The position numbers and the translations under genes are program-made. The notes beneath the pieces are model-generated. The model was not told the origin of the DNA, did no database searches, and saw only the letters and a program-made list of their open reading frames with translations. A stretch of DNA of 63,132 nt, counting the filler, from Octopus bimaculoides (lineage: Eukaryota), in assembly GCF_001194135.2 (NCBI RefSeq). It is 6 parts of 5 records of this genome, joined end to end, with 100 filler letters (N's around TTAATTAATTAA, not from the genome) between each part and the next. Parts side by side here need not be neighbours in the genome. Positions count along the whole stretch, not along the records: positions 49,168 to 57,915 come from NC_068983.1; positions 58,016 to 63,132 come from NC_068984.1; 4 more parts are not named here. One strand, written 5' to 3'. Below are positions 52,718 to 63,039 of this stretch, in pieces (the first letter of the stretch is position 1; each line of letters opens with the position of its first letter).

Positions 52718-53436
52718 GTGAGTGCTTGTTTACTTTCATTCATCCCAAGTATCCTCTGATTTCTTTTTTTTTTTTATCATTTTCTTTTTGTCTTTCTTAA
52801 AACAGGAGGCAAAATATGGTGAAACTTAGAAATAAATATTTTAAAGTATAAAATACATTTCCCTATCTGCCTCAGTTAACTTGGTTGAAAATAAAATAGG
52901 TGCCTCTTCTATTTCCTGTAAAGAACTATAAAAATGTAGATTTAAAAAAAAAAATATGAATGCAATTATCTGAACTTCCAGAAATGAACATATAGAGAGG
53001 CATTCAAAAAAAAAACAATGAAGAAAAAAGGAAATGTAATTTAGATTGCTAAGAAGTGAGAGCTGAGCTTTGAGTCTACAAGTGACTAAATTGATGTGGC
53101 TTGGGCAGCCATAACAATATGTCTGATAGCTCAGCAACTTAATATACAAAGACGAGTGGAGTATCTTACTTAAAAATCAAGAGTTGGCATCTGGATAGGC
53201 ATCTTGCCATAGAATATAGCCTCAAAAAAATCTTGTCCAATTCATGCTGGCATGGAAAAAGTGGAAGTAAAAAACTACGATGACGATACTCATGTTTTGC
53301 TTATTTATCAAATGTTGATGATTAGTGGCAGCAGACAAACAAAATGGAAAGAGCTAGAATATATTTGAAATAATCAATATTTGCAGATAAGATGAAATAA
53401 TAAGAGATAAATGAATTGTTACAAATTATTCCGAGA

Positions 53437-53603
53437 TTGAAGCACCCACTACACTCTTGGAGTGGTTGGCGTTAGGAAGGGCATCCAGCTGTAGAAACTC
53501 TGCCAAATCAGATTGGAGCCTGGTGTAGCCATCTGGTTCACCAGTCCTCAGTCAAATCGTCCAACCCATGCTAGCATGGAAAGCAGACATTAAATGATGA
53601 TGA
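53437..53603 (+). mobile_element. RTE-related SINE/LINE fragment ending in (GAT)n; related copy at ~53170-53290
   Basis: ggttggcgttaggaagggcatccagctgtagaaactctgcc...ccaacccatgctagcatggaaagcagacattaaatgatgatga. Confidence 0.65.
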
Positions 53604-53695
53604 ATTAAGTAAATTACGATACATGTAATCAACATATTTCTTGTTGTGTTAGTATCTTCCTTTTAATTTTTGATTTTATTTTCTTTATTATTTAG

Positions 53696-54039
53696 GCTGT
53701 CCAGAAAAGCTTGAGTCTCTGCCAAGAAAAACTTGACCAACTGCAATCTTACCGTCTCCAGTTGACCTGCTATTTGGACCGCTCAGCTTGTGCCGGCATT
53801 TCTGCTGATTATTCTGAATATCGAAGTCTGCTGTTTGCTATAAAACAGCAGTGTCAAAAATCTATCGCCAAGGCAGCTCGGCTCAACTCAAACAGGGCTG
53901 GTAAACCTGCCCGTATTGAACACACTCTACAGGCAAGCAACAATGGTTCGTTAGGCAGAGGTCGCTCCCTTGTGTTTCCTTCCCATATCACTCCTACATC
54001 TACCACTCCTGACTTGGCTAAAGAGGAAACAAATATCAG
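53696..54039 (+). CDS. Spectrin-repeat/KASH protein, exon n-1 (helical region + S/T/P-rich linker)
   Basis: ttctttattatttag / GTGACT, phase 0-2: AVQKSLSLCQEKLDQLQSYRLQLTCYLDRSACAGISADYSEYRSLLFAIKQQCQKSIAK...TPDLAKEETNI(R). Confidence 0.88.
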
Positions 54040-54459
54040 GTGACTTTTGCATTTTTTTTTGTCTTTTTATTGCATCAATTTTTTTTTCTTTGCCAAACTT
54101 TATGGTTATTTCTGTTTAACAAATTATAGAATTTGTTTTATTCCTGTTGGTTTTTAACCCTTTAGCATTTAAACTAACCATATGTGGCCCAATTTTATAT
54201 TCAAACCAGCCAAATCCAACTTTTCACACCTACCCTCATCTCCAACACCATCTATCTCTCATCTACCACTCTGACTCTCTCTCTATCTTTCTCTCCTTCT
54301 CTCTTTTTCAACTGGGGTAGCCGAGTATCTCCCTTAACTTTATCGGTCTGTTATACTCTAACCTCTCATCTGGCACAAAACCACTTTCCATGGTTCCAGT
54401 TAAGTACTAGGATTGATTTAATTAACTAACTTATCCCTCAAATTTACGGCTTTATACCT

Positions 54460-54647
54460 ATGTTAGAAACTAATAATTGTTAACACATTAGAGAAAATGC
54501 TTAGTGGCATTTTTTCTGGCTCCTTTCATGCTGATTTTGCCATGGTTAACTTTGCCATTTATTCTTTGAGATTTAAGTACTGGGATCAATGTCACAATCT
54601 AACCCCTCTCTCTAAAATCACTGATCTTGTGCCAAAATTTGAAACTA

Positions 54648-54685
<38 letters not shown>

Positions 54686-54686
54686 G
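54460..54686 (+). mobile_element. Decayed SINE family B with (TAT)n tail ending just upstream of the KASH-exon acceptor
   Basis: gaaaatgcttagtggcatt...actttgcc...aagtactggg...ttgtgccaaaatttgaaac followed by (att)n. Confidence 0.6.
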
Positions 54687-54717
54687 TTTAATATTATTGT
54701 TTCTATTATTGTTTCAG

Positions 54718-54922
54718 AAGTGAAAATGGAACGCCGACTTCAGCAGTGGCAGTTCCCAGAACTACATCATCTAACTTTCAAAACACAATGCAAGGGCTGG
54801 TGCTTGTCTGCGTAGCAGGACTTGCTTATTTGGCAGACCCTGAAGCTCTTGAGAAGCTAATCAGCTTCTCGATCCAGTTGAACCCCGAGTTAAGATACAT
54901 CAATGGTGCACCACCTATTTGA
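54718..54922 (+). CDS. Terminal exon: transmembrane segment + KASH peptide
   Basis: gtttcag acceptor, phase 2: SENGTPTSAVAVPRTTSSNFQNTMQGLVLVCVAGLAYLADPEALEKLISFSIQLNPELRYINGAPPI* (TGA 54920-54922). P-11, L-9, R-8, Y-7, G-4 and terminal PPx match the KASH consensus. Confidence 0.92.
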
Positions 54923-55519
54923 GGCCCCTATAAAAAAGTTTTGTGTTCAATGATATCTACCCCCATTTTACTACAAAATATTGCAACAATTTTTGTTGTT
55001 ATGGCTTACAATTTTTCTATTCATGATCAACACTTACTGGTACCGATTCATTTTCCAGTGGGATATGGAGAGGGGCACTATTCAGCAGTACAATAATGTC
55101 AAAAGTAAAACGAAATGAATTCATCCAAATTTTAAATTTCCAAGATTTTTAAAACGTTAACAAAGAAACGTCTTTAACAGCAATTTAATATAGATCGCAA
55201 TTTTGATTTATCAACATTTTCCAAATTAACAGGAAAAAAAATTTGTTTATTTTTGGCTTTTTGAACAAAGATGAAAAAGAAAAATTGGACAAAACAATAA
55301 TGTATTTTGAAATTTTTGGCTCTAACCATGATTTCATGTTTTACGACAAGGATTTGATGCTGTTTAATTTAACAAAACAGTCCAAGTATTGCTGAATAGA
55401 TATCCTTTTGTGGTGTGGATTTCAGGCAGCTCCTCCATACCAGTAAGTGTTGTTCATAGCAATTTTATTTAACCCTCGTTTCTAACTAGCTTTGTGTGAA
55501 GTTTAGGCTGTGTAAAATT

Positions 55520-55567
<48 letters not shown>

Positions 55568-58500
55568 CAAAACATGAAATTTAGTAACCAAACCAACACA
55601 GCTCAACAAAGTATAGTTGGCTATATACAGTATTTCAAAATAGGCTGGAACCAGTATATATAATATCTATACACTTATTCAAATTTAGATGAAGGCTTTG
55701 ATTTAAGCAGTGTTCTCTTCCAATATATATATATAATATAATATATATATGTATATATAATCATTTAACACTGGTTGGGAGTTTATTGTGAAAGTTTTTT
55801 ACATCTAGTTGTGCCTATTTTTTTTTAATCTTTTTATCTCTGAAATAAATTAGAGGGTTTTACATTGCATTGAAATGTTTGGGTAATTAAGTGACATTGT
55901 TCATTTGGATGGAATTATTCTTGGGCAATGTTTTTATTTATTTAAATCCGTTTCTGGATTTCAAAAGTCAGAAATTTTATTTTTTTTAAATGCTTCTGTG
56001 GAGCAGAATTTTGGATTGTAGAGAATAATATTTATTTTGTAAAATTATAATTGACAAAAACTGATCTGAACTACTGTTAAGTGACATTTAATTTCAGTTT
56101 TTTTTTTTTACCTGTATTTATATATTTTAGCTTTAATTTATTATTTTTTTAATTTATATATATATTTTTTTCAAATCAAATTTATAATGTATTAAGTATA
56201 CAAATTCTATTTACACATTTAATTCGATATTATTGGGGGTTCCTTTCCAATCCCTTTTCCTTTACATTGTCTCCCTACTCAATTAATTTATAATATTCTG
56301 ATACACATAAAACTGTATTCCTGTGTAATTCTACTCCAGACCCTAGGAATGAGTTTGAATCTTAGTTTACAGTTGATATAATTCAGTTTGGTTATAGAAT
56401 ACTCACATGGAACTGAGAAGTAATAAGGATTTAAATTCCAACATGTAGGGCATAATATTTCCCTTTTCTCTTGGAGAAAAAAATGTGTGGGGCTGGAACA
56501 TTGCAGGTTTAAACATGGTTCATAATCTACATTGTTTAAATACTATCAGCCTGCTTCCAATGAGAAAACGGTAGTTTTTTTTTTTTTTTTTTTTTTAATG
56601 GTTAGTTGAGAATATTCTTTAACTTGTTGGTTAATATCAGCAAGTATTTACAAGTTGAAAGATATGGACCTTGGATTTAATGGCACGAATTAAACATTGT
56701 TTATCAGGTTAACCAGATTTACCATGATGTAAGATTTTCTTATTTTATTGGTGATCAAAACAAAAGAAAACACACCATCAACTGCAGTATTATGACACTT
56801 GCTGTGGGACCAGAATATTGAGTTGGTAATATTAGTGGGAAATCAGGCTATGTAATTACATGAAATGCTTCAAACCATGATACTGGAGCAAATTTAAGAG
56901 GACAGCAAATTTGTTGGCTCTTCCAAAATTCTGTAGTCATTTCAAGACTAGAATTCAACAAGACACTGTAACCTTTCTCGGAATTCCCATCACTGTCATG
57001 GTCTGATTAGTGAACATTAAAAAAAAAAAAAATTATATCTTATTTTTTTAAATAGAAATCTTACATTACCCTTGTATGCAATTGCCTTGTTTTGGCTTTG
57101 CTTATATGATCAAGTGGAGATTACTAGAATACACTAGGTGCTTGCTAGCAATAGCCATTATGTCAAGTCCTGTCAGAGACTGCCAAAACTGTAAACACCC
57201 CTGCCCTCAATCCCCCCCATCACACCTTTTGCCCTTCCCTATTTTTTTTTTGGCCTTCCTGCCCCCCCCCCCTTTTTTTTTTACATCAAATTAAATATGT
57301 TATTTCAATTCCCTTTCAAAAATGACTGACCTTATGAAAGAAGTTATATTTATAAACTCAGAGATGAACCATGTTTAGAGGTTCATGAAACCTCTAATCG
57401 TGGTTCTGATAAATCTTAATATGACTAGTGACGCCAGTTTGATCAGTATTTTTTTTTTTTTGACAGTCATTAACTTAATCGTGATCAAATTTGATTGATA
57501 AGTAAAGGAAATTAGGTGAAGCTTGTATTTGCTTATCCATATACACTGTCACACTCCAAAGGAAATATGCTTGGAGTGACAGAATGTATGCATACATGTA
57601 CACACTCATAAATGTATGTGTATGCATATATATACATATATACATCTGACACATTCCTCTATGTGGGTTATATATATGTTTTGTATGTATGGCAGTATAT
57701 GTAAGTGCTCGTATACACACTAAGTTAGGTGTGGCTACGTACACACTTACATACACTTGTACTTATACAAAACTGATATCCAGAAATGGATTTGAAATGG
57801 CATGTGAATAAATATCCATGCACAAATCCTGCTTAACTATATGCATGCATGTGAGTGTATGTGTGTAGATACATCATTTTACATATACACACACATATAT
57901 ATATATATATATATANNNNNNNNNNNNNNNNNNNNNNNNNNNNNNNNNNNNNNNNNNNNTTAATTAATTAANNNNNNNNNNNNNNNNNNNNNNNNNNNNN
58001 NNNNNNNNNNNNNNNACGACATATAAGCTTTCATAACCTTTTTTTTTTTAATTTTCAGAAAATTCTTGTGAATTTATATTCTACACACGGGAATTCATAC
58101 GATTATGCAAAAAAAAAAAAAAAAAAGAAAAATTGGGTGCGTGATTTAAAGCCTATTGAGCTGTTATTTTAAGCACATCTCACGACTAGGGTACAGGCAA
58201 CAGATGGGCACAAGCCGCAGAACACAGCGTCAACGCACGTGGTTTCGCGTTGAATATATTTGTCAACACATGTGCCTTCTTGCAGACAAAAGTGTTCTCA
58301 TGTGTGGCTTGTTACTATGGAAACAGGCATGAGTGTGTCTGTGGCTTACGATTGGCTAAAATTACCCAACATTTGCAAACGTTAAAAGCTATTAACTTTT
58401 TATTTATTGATTTATGGCTAAAATGAATTTCGTGTCAATTATTAGAATACAAAACTACATCATTACACCAAATATGAAATCAATTGGAACAGAAATTGAA

Positions 58501-58959
58501 GAAATTGAAAAGTGCAGCCGAACAGAAAAGATCGAAATAATTTCCTTTTTTGTTTGCTTAAAACGAACCTCGTTCAAGCATATGACGTATTGAACAGAGG
58601 CAGTAGGTTTTATCTATAAAAAGACCGACAAGAAGACCTTACAAAAAATGAAATTGTGATATAAAAGATAACTTCTTCGTTGAGTATAATGGACTGAATA
58701 CAAATCCAGAGCTGGATATCTTACAAGAATAACAAAATTGAGTGATATATATGATCGAAGGGGATTTGTTGTGTCAAAGAAAATATAAAAAATGAGCAAC
58801 AAAAGCAATGTGATAAAAGAAGTAATATACATATGCAACATAGGAGTCAGCCCAGCGGACAAAGCTATTGTAATATTATAAACATCTCATGGGACACTGA
58901 GTGCGTGTGTTAATAATATTAGCATAATGAATGCGCGTGTCAATAATCTTTTCTGTTCT

Positions 58960-59191
58960 TTCCTACTGTAGGCGCAAAGCCCGAAAAATGTTTTTGGAGG
59001 CGGGGCCAGTCGATTAGATCGACCTCAGTACGCAACTGGTACTTAATTTCTCGACCACGAAAGGATAAAAGGCAAAGGCAAAGGCAAAGGCAAAGTCGGC
59101 CTCGGCGGAATTTGAACCCGGAACGTAAAGTCAGGCGAAATACCGCTAAGCATTTCGCCCGGCGTGCTAACGTTTCTGCCAGTTCGCCGCC
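58960..59191 (-). mobile_element. SINE family B, full length, well preserved
   Basis: GGCGGCGAACTGGCAGAAACGTTAGCACGCC...GGGTTCAAATTCCGCCGAGG... Internal (AAAGGC)4 expansion. Flanked by a 29-bp near-perfect direct repeat. Confidence 0.9.
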
Positions 59192-59540
59192 TTGCGTGTG
59201 TTAATAATATTGGCATAATGACTCTTCCTAGACATAAGAAAATACATATGAATGTTGTAATGAATATATCACAAAAATACAGATGTAACATGAAAGGTAA
59301 ACTCCTTCAAGTTTCTATTGGCCAGTTACAGATGTTATATCTGTATTTTCCCAATATATTTATTTCAGCACTCACAGGTATGTTTTCTTTTTGTGCCATT
59401 CATTTTGAATTACCCTGTATCATATATATTCAGTACCGGAAACATTATTGTGGATTTTTAGAAAACACTATATATTTTAAATAGAAACATTACTATTTCT
59501 AAATCTTTCAAAGAGAGATATTCGTTGACAGTTCTCTAAA

Positions 59541-59774
59541 GTAAAGACTATTTGCCAACATAATGCTGCTGTCCTCGAAGGGACGATTGTTACTGTTGTT
59601 TAGCCTCAGGAAACATCGTTTCCATCTGGCTATACGGCACAATATCTGTTCGAAAATATAAGGACACAGATATTGTGTCGTAAAGCCAGCTGGAAACGAT
59701 GTTTCCTGGGGTTAAACAACAGTAACAATCGTCCCTTCCAGGACAGCCACATTACGTTGGCAAATAGTCTTTAC
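59541..59774. mobile_element. Palindromic MITE-like element, 109-bp arms, 16-nt loop
   Basis: Arms 59541-59649 and 59666-59774 are reverse complements with 9 mismatches by manual alignment. Confidence 0.9.
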
Positions 59775-60123
59775 TATATATTTTGCTTGTTTGGTTATTT
59801 AAATGAGACAAATAAGTTTAAATCATTAATCTTCACACAATTACGACTACATTCTCTGACTTTGATTTCATCTACGGCTTATACGGGTTTCTAGTGACAC
59901 CAGGCAATAATGTGCTTCTGATGTGTGGCAACATTAAATTGCATTATGCAACTCAGCTGCTGCAGCCCACGTTTCTTTCAGTTTTAGTCGAATAGTGGTC
60001 GGTGTTGGGCGCTTGTATATGTTCTAATGACTTTTTAGTTACTCTGTGTTGTATAAGTTACAAATTCATGTAGTAAGTTGCACTTAAAGTGTAAATAACG
60101 TGTTCTTTCAATTCCAGGCCAAG

Positions 60124-61290
60124 ATGGGTAAGCAAAGCGATCTTAGTCCCCATAAAATTAGACAAATAGAAGTGTATTTGAGGGATACCTCAGTTAAACA
60201 GAGAGAATTGGCAAAGAAACTAAATGTTTCAACTCAAACAATTAGTGCAATTAAGAAAAAAATGGAAACGTGCGAGGATTTCATGGCAAAAAGGGTTGGT
60301 AACTGGTAGGAAACGAGTAACAACTCCAAGGATTGATAGAAAAATAAAAAGAATTTCTCTCAATAATAGAAGAGCATCTTGTAGTAAGATTTCCTGCAAA
60401 TTAATAGAACATCAATGTGCATAGAAGAACAATTAACAACAGACTTTTGGAAGGTGGATTGCACACATATCATCCAAGGAAAAAAAAACATGCATGGGCT
60501 AAAAATCATATTGCATGGACGTCTGAGCAATGGGAGTAGGTAAGGCTATATAAAACAGTGGATTAGAGTCTTTATGTATTGTATCCATGATATTATTGAT
60601 AAAATAAAGATATTACCATTGATTTCAGTCACCAAACCAGCTTTATAAAGGATTATTTAAAAATAGCTTTTAATTTCTAATTGTGATAGACTGAAACAAT
60701 AACTTATTCTGGATGTCATATTAATCAAATATGGTTTTCAATTGTTGCAGGTGGTGTTTTCGAATGAATCCACCATAGCAGTGCTCGATGATCGGGTGTA
60801 AAGTGCAAGAAGGAGCCTTGGCGAAGAATTTCGTCCGGATTGTCTTCGAAAAAAAACTAAAATTTCCACAGAAGATTGTGGTTTGGGGGACAATTTCTGC
60901 CCATGGAACTAGTCGCCTGAAAATAATTGAAGGTTCTATGAATCAAGAGAACTACATAGAGGTACTTAGAAGTAGACTAATACCACAAGTACGGGAATGG
61001 TATGGGGACAGGTCTTGGATATTCCAACAGGACTCAGCACCATGCCATACAGCAAAATCGGTAAAGACATGGGTCACCGAAAATGCTGTTAACGTACTTC
61101 TATGGCCAGGAAATTCACCTATAGTGTCTGTTGGAAGATGAAATACAATAATCCCCTATAACAACCAAATGCCTCCTTATTGAGCACCTCATACAAGTTT
61201 GGTTCCATTCGGACGGAATCAAGAATATTAGTTCGTGGCATGCCTCGACGTGTACAAGCACTTAATTCTGCTAGAGGAGGGTAAACTGAA
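60124..61290 (+). pseudogene. Tc1 transposase pseudogene with one GT-AG intron (60540-60750)
   Basis: MGKQSDLSP...HTH...GRKRVTTPRIDRKI...WTSEQWE*|VVFSNES...IVVWGTIS..FQQDSAPCHTAK..WPGNSP. The first catalytic D reads N, the DLNPIE block is deleted, and there are frameshifts. Confidence 0.9.
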
Positions 61291-61408
61291 ATACCAGTTC
61301 TGCGTAAATATAAAGAAATAAATCATCTGCCGATATATAAATTCAGTTTATTTTACCTCTATTTATAGAAATACCCAAAATGTCAAAAATCCATAATAAT
61401 GTTTCCAG

Positions 61409-61493
<85 letters not shown>

Positions 61494-61543
61494 AGATTAG
61501 ATTCCTTGGATAAGAATCACAAAGAATCACAAAGGGGACTTAC

Positions 61544-61629
61544 TTGAACTCATACGAAATATAACTGCAACAATTAGACTCCCACCGGCGATACTCTGGA
61601 AAAGAATACACGTTTTCTTCCGTCCAATT
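61544..61629 (-). CDS. Candidate exon of an MFS/SLC22-like transporter (TM8-9 loop and TM9)
   Basis: Strong acceptor (T-run ttcttcag) and donor GTAAGT. The phase 2-1 frame reads IGRKKTCILFQSIAGGSLIVAVIFRMSS, with the xGRR/K loop motif followed by a hydrophobic helix. Confidence 0.5.
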
Positions 61630-61672
61630 CTGAAGAAAAAAAAAAAATAAAGGCAAGCATATCTCAACTTAC

Positions 61673-61729
61673 GTCTGTAATTGGTTCCAAGATACGCGAA
61701 TTAACTCGGAAAATGACGTAAAGAAGAAA
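61673..61729 (-). CDS. Candidate preceding exon of the same putative transporter
   Basis: tactttag / GTAAGT, phase 2-2: FFFTSFSELIRVSWNQLQ(T). In frame with the next exon, but the intron is only 43 nt and the frame is ambiguous. Confidence 0.3.
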
Positions 61730-62416
61730 CTAAAGTATTAAAAAGATTCATTAGCGTATATCTGTTTTAATAAATGGTTTTTTGTATATTTTCGCACGTA
61801 TCTTATTTGATTTTCCACTCCAGTATTAGTTTCCGGTGCTTTTTAAAAATCTTGATGCTTTTAAACATTTTCGCTGAGGGCGACATAAAGTCGGAAGTTG
61901 AGCTTTATTTTTCCATTACTTTCTTAAAAGCACCAGAAAAAAGAAAGAGAAGCCAAAGACGTAACGTGAAACAACGTAATTAGAGGGATGCCTGTGTTCT
62001 TACATAACAGAACTTATTGATTTCTATTGAGAAAAGGCACAAGACCACAAATTTAGAGAAGGGGAATTTTATTTTGAATGTCTTAAAGTCAGAAGTGCAT
62101 CGGCTGTGAATCGTTTACATTATCTACGTGACTGAAAGGATGAAAAGGGGAATTTAGTCTTAAAGCAAGGATACTGGCCGATGCTTGCAGCAGAGTGGAT
62201 TCTATAAAGGACCCCCACTCCGTGGCTCTGTTGGTAGTGGTTGTTAAACTGAGTGATGGATTAAGTGTATGTTTGTCCCTATAACACAAACCGTATATGA
62301 GATTCTATCAAACTATTGTAGATTTCGTTATCAGTACAACAACAACAATGACGACGATGACGACAACAACAAAACAGCCTGTGGCGCTTGAGACATTTGG
62401 AGGGGCTGGGCCGCCA

Positions 62417-63039
62417 GCGAAATGTTTTTTCCCACGAGTTTTCCGGACCCTAGTAATTAACTCATTTGCATACAGCCAATCAGAGCTCACCTTGACCTTG
62501 CTGTCGCCGTTCAGCTTTCATATTATGCCTAGACGCAAAGCCGAACATAACATTCGTGAAAGTGTCAAAAATAACCAATCTCTTGGTAAAACACACTTTA
62601 CCAAGTAAACTCAAGACGAAGAACGGTGTTGTAAGTCGACCGATCGCCAAGTTATGCCTGATTTTAGAAAGAAACAAGTAATTAGATAGATTTGCATCTA
62701 TACCTATTATCGGATTTTGTTAGGGCCCCATATAGTAAAGATGTGGATGGGAAAAATGTGGATAGAGTGTGATGTGCTAGCAACTAACCCCCCTTATGTT
62801 TTACAAAGTAAACAACACAAATAACTACGCAGAGGCAGCCATGGTTGAAATAAGAACAAGAACAACAAGCATTATTAAGAGAGAAAAGAAACATAGTCGT
62901 TCCTTACCCAAGTGACCTTATCTTATCGCCCATCACTTGTTATGCGCTCATAAATTAGTTCGATAGTCGAGCTCTGATTGGCTGTATGCAAATGAGTTCA
63001 TAACTGGGGTCCGGAACTCTCGTGGGAAAAAAATTTCGC
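62417..63039. mobile_element. Internally deleted DNA-transposon-like element with ~72-bp inverted repeats
   Basis: 62417-62488 and 62969-63039 are reverse complements (gcgaaa...cccacgag...ccggaccc...aactcatttgcatacagccaatcagagctc). True outer ends are uncertain. Confidence 0.75.
62464..62483 (+). promoter_or_regulatory. Octamer (ATTTGCAT) + NF-Y CCAAT box (AGCCAATCAG) module, mirrored at 62974-62993
   Basis: Exact consensus motifs read directly. Function is inferred only. Confidence 0.45.

Larger units (their letters stand above)
59431..61413 (+). mobile_element. Full-length Tc1-family DNA transposon (~1.98 kb), inactive
   Basis: 29-bp TIRs: CAGTACCGGAAACATTATTGTGGATTTTT (59431) versus the reverse complement of 61385-61413, CAGAACTGGAAACATTATTATGGATTTTT (3 mismatches). 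Transposase lies inside. Confidence 0.92.
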
